From: Minisyncoccota bacterium
Lineage (GTDB): Bacteria > Patescibacteriota > Minisyncoccia > JAHIHE01 > JAGLIN01
Assembly: GCA_023142995.1 (NCBI GenBank)
Contig: JAGLIM010000024.1
Coordinates: 6,071 to 70,070 of the forward strand
Length of the DNA: 64,000 nucleotides
Reading direction: 5' to 3'
A program made the translations under genes and the position numbers. Numbering within the stretch: the first letter of the stretch is position 1; each line of letters begins with the position of its first letter. A model generated the notes under the pieces. The model worked only from the letters and a program-made list of their open reading frames with translations. It did not search any database and had not been told where the DNA came from. Shown here one piece after another: positions 57,151 through 64,000 of this stretch.

Positions 57151-58431
57151 ATGAAAAGAAATATATTAGTGATAGGAAGCGGAGGAAGAGAGCATGCAAT
57201 TGTATGGAAGCTTTCTCAATCATTCCAAGCAGGAGAAATATATGTTGCTCCTGAAAATGGAGAAACACATAGGTTAGCAACAAATATTTCGATTAATGTT
57301 GATGAGACGAATTGTCTAGTTAATTTTGCAAAGGAAAACAAAATTGATATTACGATCGTAGGACCAGATGATTCTCTTGCAGATGGAATTGTAGATGCAT
57401 TTCAGAAAAATGGATTAAAAATATTTGGTCCAAATAGATATACAGCTCAAATTGAATCTTCAAAATCATTCGCAAAAAAGATGATGATAGAAGAAAGCAT
57501 ACTTACGGCACAGTTTGAAATTTTCAGTGATCATCAAAAAGCGCTAGATTATGTTATCAAGCAAGGGGTGCCAATTGTAATTAAGGCAAGCGGTTTGGCT
57601 TTGGGAAAAGGCGTGTATATCTGTAAAACAATTGAAGAGGCAGAAACGGCTCTTAGAGAGATTATGCTTGATCGAAAATATGGAGATGCTGGAAATGAAA
57701 TAATTATTGAAGAATATTTTGAAGGAGGGCAAGAAATATCAGTACATGCTTTTTCAGATGGAATTACTACGAAATTATTTCCGATGACACAAGATCACAA
57801 ACCAATTTTTGCTGGCAATCAAGGTCCGAATACAGGAGGAATGGGAATAGTTCCAATGTTGCTTAGTTCTGAAATGATAACTGGGATTCAAAGACAAGTT
57901 GTTGATCCAATAATAAATGCTTTTCAAAGAAAAGGAGAATCATTTGTTGGAGTTTTATATCCTGGGTTGATGATTACTTCTAATGGAATTAGAGTATTGG
58001 AATATAACGCCAGATTTGGAGATCCAGAAACGCAATATTATATGCGTCTGTTGAAAACTGATTTGGTTGATATTATTGAAGCTTGTATTGAAGAAAGGCT
58101 TTCAGAAATTGAGATTGAATGGAATCCTATACCTTGTGTATGCGTTATTGTTTCATCTAATGGGTATCCTGGTGAATATAAAACAGGTTTTCCTATATGT
58201 GGAATTAATGAAGCAGAAAGAGTTCCTGGAGTTGTGATATTTCATGCAGGAACGTCTTATGAAGATGGAAAACTAAAAACGTCTGGAGGGCGAGTTTTAG
58301 GAATAACAGCTATAGGAGAAACCGTTGAAATAGCATTGAGCAGAGCATATGAAGCAATAAATCTTATAAGTTTTGACGGTATGTATTACCGTGAAGACAT
58401 AGGATTTCAAATTACAAAAAGAGAGTCTTAA
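57151..58431 (+). CDS. purD: phosphoribosylamine--glycine ligase
   Basis: ILVIGSGGREHAI. ATP-grasp core. Full length 426 aa. Confidence 0.9.
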   Translation: MKRNILVIGSGGREHAIVWKLSQSFQAGEIYVAPENGETHRLATNISINVDETNCLVNFAKENKIDITIVGPDDSLADGIVDAFQKNGLKIFGPNRYTAQIESSKSFAKKMMIEESILTAQFEIFSDHQKALDYVIKQGVPIVIKASGLALGKGVYICKTIEEAETALREIMLDRKYGDAGNEIIIEEYFEGGQEISVHAFSDGITTKLFPMTQDHKPIFAGNQGPNTGGMGIVPMLLSSEMITGIQRQVVDPIINAFQRKGESFVGVLYPGLMITSNGIRVLEYNARFGDPETQYYMRLLKTDLVDIIEACIEERLSEIEIEWNPIPCVCVIVSSNGYPGEYKTGFPICGINEAERVPGVVIFHAGTSYEDGKLKTSGGRVLGITAIGETVEIALSRAYEAINLISFDGMYYREDIGFQITKRES

Positions 58432-58692
58432 TAATATTAAGTTAACTCTCATTTTTTTTAAATATTTATATTTTAAAGGTCTTTATAAAAAACAGTTTTT
58501 TACTCAAATTTTTCATTTTTCATTTTTCATTTATAGCATCTTTTGATGCTATCGCACTAGAAGACACTATTTTTTATTTGTTGAGTTTTTTGTTTATTGT
58601 TAAGTTAAGTGTTTGATGTTAAGTGGTAAAGCAAGATGAAATGTGCTAATATGATCATAGAAAAAAATATATTTTAACAATAACACAAAACT

Positions 58693-59826
58693 ATGAAAGC
58701 AATTGCTCATGCCTGGCTAGCATTAATGGCTTTGGAGAGATTGAAAAAATTCAAAAGATCAAAATCTTTTAGACGTAGCTTTTTAGGAAGAAATTTTAAA
58801 GGATATTTTCTTGGAAATAGTTTTGATAGTCATTTTGAAAAACAAGCAGAAAGCTTTGTTAGATTTTTTGATAAGCGCAAGGATGCTTTTCTGAAAGGTG
58901 CTTGGTTTCCTGACAGTGTAATTGCTGATAATTTAACTGGAGGACATACTTTGAAACTAAAAAAACCGACGAATGAAAAAGAGCGAGAAGGAGCGAAAGA
59001 GTTTAAAAACCGCGTTCCAGGACATCTCTCTTCGTTTAGCGCATTGAATATCAATGAAGCTAGATTAAAAGAAAAAGTTTATCGCAAATCAAAGTATATT
59101 CTTCCTGATCGCTGTGAAGCGCTGACTTATTCTATTAGAGATATGGTTTTAATTCGAAAAGATGAATCAAAGGGATCTGAAATTATTTTTAATGATAATC
59201 AGATAACTCTCTATTTCTTAATGCTCAGTCATTATCTGGCAGATGCCCATGTTCCGCCTCATAGTGATGCCAGAGATTTCTATGGACCTTCAACTATTCA
59301 TCCTGATATGGAAAAGCATTGGGACAAAGAAATTAAAAAGTTTTATGAATTTGATAAAAAAAGAAAAGTTTTTGACTATGATCTTGATGGTGCGCCAGAA
59401 CTTATTGAAGATGAAAAGAAAAAAGAACAATTTAAAGATTCTTTTCTCTATCAAACAATAGAAGAACTGAGTCAAAGAAAATGGGAGTTAAAGAAGACAA
59501 AAGGAAAACTAGCTGACAAGGAAATAATCGGAGAGGGGAACAAAAAGATCTATGACTATGTTAAAGCAGTTTGTTTTGTTTCTTATCTAGTTTCTACGGA
59601 TTTTATTCCAGAAAATGTTAAAGAGAGTGAATATAAGAAATTAAAGATTTTGGAAGATCCAAAATATAAAGATAAGCTTGACCAAATCAGTATTCATACT
59701 CTTGCTGATACAATTGATTCTATTGCTCTTGTTTGGCTTTTAACTTGGGATAAATATAATAAACTGAAAGAAGAAATACAAGGCAAGATGAAAGGGATTA
59801 AGAAAGAGGGTGGAATCATTAAGTAG
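58693..59826 (+). CDS. zinc-dependent phospholipase C / P1-nuclease superfamily protein (putative)
   Basis: N-terminal HAW and SHYLADAHVPPHSD resemble the PLC/P1 zinc ligands (LHYLGD..QP.H). Confidence 0.35.
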   Translation: MKAIAHAWLALMALERLKKFKRSKSFRRSFLGRNFKGYFLGNSFDSHFEKQAESFVRFFDKRKDAFLKGAWFPDSVIADNLTGGHTLKLKKPTNEKEREGAKEFKNRVPGHLSSFSALNINEARLKEKVYRKSKYILPDRCEALTYSIRDMVLIRKDESKGSEIIFNDNQITLYFLMLSHYLADAHVPPHSDARDFYGPSTIHPDMEKHWDKEIKKFYEFDKKRKVFDYDLDGAPELIEDEKKKEQFKDSFLYQTIEELSQRKWELKKTKGKLADKEIIGEGNKKIYDYVKAVCFVSYLVSTDFIPENVKESEYKKLKILEDPKYKDKLDQISIHTLADTIDSIALVWLLTWDKYNKLKEEIQGKMKGIKKEGGIIK

Positions 59827-60074
59827 ACTGAAAAATTATAAAAAAATTAAAATTATAGAAAATAAAAAATTGGACTTTAGATATCTGAAGTCCAATTTTG
59901 TGAAAGCTTTTATTGCTAGAGTAGATATTTTATTATTATACGAATTTAGGTATTTTTTGTAATGTTGCACTTGGGAGTAGAATGTAGGCTTGCTTGGTTG
60001 ACAATATTTAAAAAATATGTTAAGATAATTTGTTGTTCTTTGTGTAAACAGGGTAGGTTTGATCGTTAATATTA

Positions 60075-60770
60075 ATGGTTAGACTTACCCTGTTAATGAA
60101 AAATAAAATATTTCAGGGACTTGGAGGAAAAGTAACTATGAATAATAGTGATGAATTATTTACTGAAATCGCCAATTTAGGCGGAGTATGTATCGATAGG
60201 ATGATGAGATCTTCTCTGTTTTTAATGGATGAAATTTATAATATTGGTGAGTTTGAAGCCATATTAATGCCTTCCTTGGTTGGGGACGATGGACCATCTC
60301 TTGATTTTTGGAAGAAAGGAAAAAAAGACCAGAAGTTTATAAGAGTTGCTAACCAATTCCTGGCTATTTTCAGAGGAAAAGAAAATGTCACTTTGAGCGA
60401 TTTTGCGGGACTTAATATTAGCAAGTCCATTGGGAGATATCCGAGTTTTCCTCTATTCGAATTTACTTGGATAGGGAGATCAACTGAAGGAACACTAAAA
60501 GGCACATTGAAATTTGCCAGAGCCGATTTGAACAGTAGCAATTTTGTGAGCTATCATTATGATAGCTCTTCAAGAAAATACAATCCTTATAGTCCAAAAA
60601 AGATATATCCTGAGAGTTCAGATTTTGATTTTCCAAAAAATTTGGAAAAAGTCAACGAAATTCTGGGAATTCCCTTTAAAAGAATGATTGATTTTGATGA
60701 GGAGATGGATAAAATAAAGAAAAGCTCAGGGCTTGAAGGGTTTTATCAAGCACTATTGAACTGTACCTAA
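60075..60770 (+). CDS. hypothetical protein
   Basis: 231-aa ORF. Confidence 0.45.
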   Translation: MVRLTLLMKNKIFQGLGGKVTMNNSDELFTEIANLGGVCIDRMMRSSLFLMDEIYNIGEFEAILMPSLVGDDGPSLDFWKKGKKDQKFIRVANQFLAIFRGKENVTLSDFAGLNISKSIGRYPSFPLFEFTWIGRSTEGTLKGTLKFARADLNSSNFVSYHYDSSSRKYNPYSPKKIYPESSDFDFPKNLEKVNEILGIPFKRMIDFDEEMDKIKKSSGLEGFYQALLNCT

Positions 60771-60923
60771 ATAAAGGTACGGCTTAGAAAAAAAGGAGGT
60801 TGCGATATATGTCGTAACCCCTTATTTTATTTTTGGAAGCTTTAGAAAACTTTTAATTTCTTTAATTTACTTTTTGATTTTAATTTATACTATTTAACAC
60901 TATACTTTTTTTGATATAAATAC

Positions 60924-61101
60924 AATAATATTGTTCGACTTTATGGAGAACTTTGCGTGGTAGCTTTCTCCACAAGGTCGAAAAATATTATAGTTGTTAT
61001 ATTATAATATCGTTTGAGATTATGGAGAAGTATATAATAATATTGTTCGACTTTATGGAGAACTATATGCGGTGAATTTCGGAGCAAGGTCGAAAAATAT
61101 T
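60924..61101. repeat. R2 hairpin repeats (two full copies 60924-60990 and 61036-61101, plus a half copy 61003-61030)
   Basis: aataatattGTTCGACTTTATGGAGAAC-loop-TTCTCCACAAGGTCGAAaaatatt. 17-bp stems with variable loops. Confidence 0.75.
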
Positions 61102-61224
61102 AAAAGATTATTTTAATGTATAGGAATTTTAATGCCTATAACATTGTAGAGATGAGGCACTGCCTCGTTCCTACTATCGCGATAGTGTATGTGTTGAAAA
61201 CTTAATTTATAGGTTTTTATTTTC

Positions 61225-61252
61225 TTGACAGTATGTTCTAGTGGTATATAAT
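61225..61252 (+). promoter_or_regulatory. consensus sigma70 promoter (TTGACA-16-TATAAT)
   Basis: TTGACA at 61225-61230. TATAAT at 61247-61252. Confidence 0.6.
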
Positions 61253-61441
61253 ATGATTAAGATTAATATTATGAATTCAACAAAAACAACAAATAAAAAA
61301 TACTTCATGCCTTTAAAAGGATAAGTTGTTTGTTGCGATAAATTGAGTTTAATAAATAGATCTTAAAAACGAACGACTTATCCTTAAGGCGTTTTTTTGT
61401 TGTAAGTAAAATAAAAATAAAAAACAAAAGAGGAGATTAAA

Positions 61442-61624
61442 ATGGAAAACAATGGAAATTTCTTTAATTTTACTAAAGAAGAAATAGAAGAAGTAATAGT
61501 GAGGATTTTTGAAGAATTTGCAGGAACAGATGTTGAGATCATAAGGAATCAATATTTGGCTCATGTGGAATATTGGGAAGGGGTATTACAGAAAATAAAA
61601 TGTAATTCCCTTTTTATTTTGTAA
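61442..61624 (+). CDS. small hypothetical protein with strong SD
   Basis: AGAGGAG lies 7 nt before the ATG. 60 aa. Confidence 0.4.
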   Translation: MENNGNFFNFTKEEIEEVIVRIFEEFAGTDVEIIRNQYLAHVEYWEGVLQKIKCNSLFIL

Positions 61625-61848
61625 AAAAATCAAGTACTAGACTCACTGCGTATTAGTTTCTACTGCAACTTCTCCTCCCAAGGCGGACATAAGCATATTT
61701 GGTCAAATTTTCCAAAAACTTTTTCAGCTTAGATTAGGCTAAACTTCAAAAATTATTTGAAAAATTATGCCTCAAAATATGAAAATTTCGTAATGAAATT
61801 AATATGCAGTGAGTCTATTGAATTGTTTGAAAGTAACTGTTATGATAA

Positions 61849-62577
61849 GTGTATAGGACATTAATCAATAAATATATTTCAATGATATATCCAATAAGAA
61901 TTAATAAATATTTAGCTCAGAAGAAAGTTTGCAGTAGGAGAGAAGCTGATGAGTTGATAAAAGAAGGAAAAGTAGAGTTAAATGGTAAATTAGCACAATT
62001 AGGGGATAAGATCAATGAGAATGATAAGGTTTTTGTACAAGGAGATCTGAAAAAACTTGTTTATCTGGCATTTAATAAACCAAAAGGCATAGTAACTAAT
62101 TCTCCTCAGGAAGGAGAATCTAGTATTGCTGATATGTTAGAATTCAATTATGAAGTTTTTCCTTTGGGAAGGCTGGATAAAGAATCCAGAGGTTTGATAT
62201 TGCTAACTAATGATGGAAGAGTGACAGATAGATTATTAAATCCAGCATATATGCATGAAAAAGAATATGTTGTAAAAGTGAATAAGCCAATTGATGATAA
62301 TTTCGTAAATACAATAGAAGCTGGTATAAAGCTAGATGATGGATATGTCACAAGAAAATGTAAATTAAAGATTATTGATGATTTTACATTTACAATTGTT
62401 TTGACAGAGGGAAAAAACAGGCAGATCAGGAGAATGTGTAGATTTATGAAATATGGGATTGTGGATCTGAAAAGAATTAGAATAATGAATATTTGTCTTG
62501 GAGATATAAAAGCAGGAGACTACAAAGAGATTTACGGTGAAGAATTAGAAGACTTTCTTTCAATGATCAATTTATAG
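61849..62577 (+). CDS. rluB: pseudouridine synthase, RluB/RsuA family (S4 + PseudoU_synth_2)
   Basis: S4 motif YPIRINKYLAQKKVCSRREADELIKEGKV. Catalytic GRLDKESRGLILLTNDG. Confidence 0.8.
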   Translation: MYRTLINKYISMIYPIRINKYLAQKKVCSRREADELIKEGKVELNGKLAQLGDKINENDKVFVQGDLKKLVYLAFNKPKGIVTNSPQEGESSIADMLEFNYEVFPLGRLDKESRGLILLTNDGRVTDRLLNPAYMHEKEYVVKVNKPIDDNFVNTIEAGIKLDDGYVTRKCKLKIIDDFTFTIVLTEGKNRQIRRMCRFMKYGIVDLKRIRIMNICLGDIKAGDYKEIYGEELEDFLSMINL

Positions 62578-62590
62578 GTAGTACAATGTT

Positions 62591-62797
62591 ATTATATAAT
62601 ATCGTTCGACTTTATGGAGAACTCTGTGCGTTTGATTTCTCCACAAGGTCGAAAGATATTAAAGCAAGATTGAGCAATGTTATTATATAATATCGTTCGA
62701 CTTTATGTAGAACTCTGTGCGTTTGATTTCTCCACAAGGTCGAAAAATATTATAGTTTCGTTGAATAATAATATTGTTCGACTTTTTATGGAGAACA
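62591..62797. repeat. R2 hairpin repeats: ~92-bp tandem duplication (two full copies) plus a partial third
   Basis: Copies 62591-62660 and 62682-62753 share the identical loop ctctgtgcgtttgat. Partial copy at 62766-62797. Confidence 0.75.
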
Positions 62798-62952
62798 AAA
62801 TATAATTTTAATCATTAATATATAAAAACATTAATAACTTTAATATCCCTAGAGAAAATAACAAAAGGAAGATTTTAGTATATGGTGCTGTTTTATTGAG
62901 CTTTGGTATCTTTATTGCTCATACTTATTCTGAGAGATATAAAGTTGATGTT

Positions 62953-64000
62953 ATGGAAATTGATGACCAGACGATCTTGCAGGATCATTTAACCAAGAAA
63001 GAAGTTTTTGATTGGAATTATATTGTTGAAGAAGGAGATAATCTTTCTTCTATTTTGGAATTACAAAATATTCAAGGAGAAGAGGCATTGAATATTATTA
63101 ATGCTTTTGATGGAATTCATAGTCTTTCAAAAATTAAGATTGGAAATATTATTAGTGTTAACTTTAATGAAGACAAAGAATCCATTAAACTTCTTCAATA
63201 TCAAATAGACAATGAAAATAATTTAAAACTTGAAAAAATTGAAGGTTCTTGGATCGCAAGAGAGGAAATCATTGAATATGAAATTAAGAAAGTTGTTGCA
63301 AGAGGAGAGATCAATAGTTCATTATTTGAAACTGGAGTTGATATGGGATTAGATTTTGCTACGATCTTAAAAATGAGTGATATTCTTTCAGGGGAAATTG
63401 ATTTTTCATCTGATATTCAAAAAGGTGATAGCTTCAAAATATTATACGAAAAAAGGTTTTTAGATAATGAATTTATTCTTGATGGAAAAATTTTGGCTGT
63501 TGAATTTAATAATCAAGGAGAAACATTTAAAGGCTATCATTTCGAAATTGATAACAAAAAGGACTATTATGATGAGAATGGTGATTCACTTCGAAAGATA
63601 TTTTTGAAATCTCCTTTGAACTTTAAGTATATTAGTTCAGGATATTCAAATGGAAGATTTCATCCAATTTTGAAAAGAGTTATGCCACACAAAGCAATTG
63701 ACTATGCTGCGGCGCACGGTACTCCTATTATTTCTGTTGGTGATGGAAAAGTCATTTTTGCGAATTGGAGAAATGGCTATGGATATTATGTGATCATACG
63801 TCATGCTAATTCCTACGTTACTCAGTATGCGCATCTATCTGGATTTGGAACAGGGATCAAATATGGAGCAAAAGTTGATCAGGGTCAGATAATTGGATTT
63901 GTTGGTTCAACAGGGTTTTCTACAGGACCTCATTTAGACTTTTCAATGAAAAAAAATGGAGTGTTTGTAAATCCTTTGACTGTAGATTTGCCTTCTGGAG
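62953..64000 (+). CDS. M23/LytM-family peptidase, 3' partial; true start upstream and non-canonical
   Basis: HKAIDYAAAHGTPIISVGDGKV...GYGYYVIIRHANSYVTQYAHLS...GSTGFSTGPHLDF. The frame is open from 62812 and encodes a TM anchor before the first ATG. Confidence 0.7.
   Translation, partial: MEIDDQTILQDHLTKKEVFDWNYIVEEGDNLSSILELQNIQGEEALNIINAFDGIHSLSKIKIGNIISVNFNEDKESIKLLQYQIDNENNLKLEKIEGSWIAREEIIEYEIKKVVARGEINSSLFETGVDMGLDFATILKMSDILSGEIDFSSDIQKGDSFKILYEKRFLDNEFILDGKILAVEFNNQGETFKGYHFEIDNKKDYYDENGDSLRKIFLKSPLNFKYISSGYSNGRFHPILKRVMPHKAIDYAAAHGTPIISVGDGKVIFANWRNGYGYYVIIRHANSYVTQYAHLSGFGTGIKYGAKVDQGQIIGFVGSTGFSTGPHLDFSMKKNGVFVNPLTVDLPSG

Noticed and set aside
60924-62797. Possible CRISPR array suggested by regularly spaced repeats
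   Set aside because: The repeated units are 65-70-bp inverted-repeat hairpins whose two arms are complementary to each other. They are not identical direct repeats separated by unique spacers. The variable parts are short loops. No cas genes are nearby.

Overview
This is a visibly AT-rich bacterial chromosome segment. The gene style points to a reduced low-GC lineage such as CPR/Patescibacteria: many small genes, frequent weak or absent SD, TTG starts, an archaeal-type purP-like gene and a patchy dcw cluster. The standard genetic code applies, since long conserved genes are intact. Layout: (i) 0.3-5.0 kb holds lexA plus a 1197-aa protein with an Mrr-like PD-(D/E)xK N-terminus, a TPR core and a PIN-like C-terminus. 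(ii) 5.1-14.4 kb is a cassette-like accessory array. Small unrelated ORFs are separated by a recurring intergenic module: a ~100-bp CT-rich repeat, then an intrinsic terminator, then a near-consensus sigma70 promoter, in at least 6 copies. (iii) 14.5-37.5 kb is mostly core: purP-like, an HD hydrolase, a Na/Pi cotransporter with a PhoU-like protein, a CPA2 antiporter, engB, rpmB, a site-2 protease, rpsL-rpsG without fusA/tuf, a GIY-YIG protein, a translin-like protein, a UbiA prenyltransferase, a histidine kinase, a polyprenyl synthase and mraZ-rsmH-ftsL-ftsI-murF. (iv) 37.6 to about 54.4 kb looks like an integrated element at tRNA-Glu(CUC). It carries a large serine recombinase, a RepA-like helicase, a decayed primase zinc-finger gene and a GC-rich hairpin cluster (candidate origin or ncRNA). 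It also carries secreted proteins, an FtsZ homologue whose GTP-binding loops are degenerate but whose T7 loop is intact, and a defence/TA islet. The islet comprises higB plus a higA/ImmA fusion, a convergent PD-(D/E)xK pair, a macro domain, an AlbA_2/Schlafen protein, and a Fic with an H->Q motif and upstream operator repeats. (v) 56-64 kb holds purD, a PLC-like protein, an rluB-like gene and a partial M23 peptidase, interspersed with a second dispersed hairpin-repeat family. Two accessory genes carry single in-frame stops (dcd-like TAA, primase-ZF TGA).
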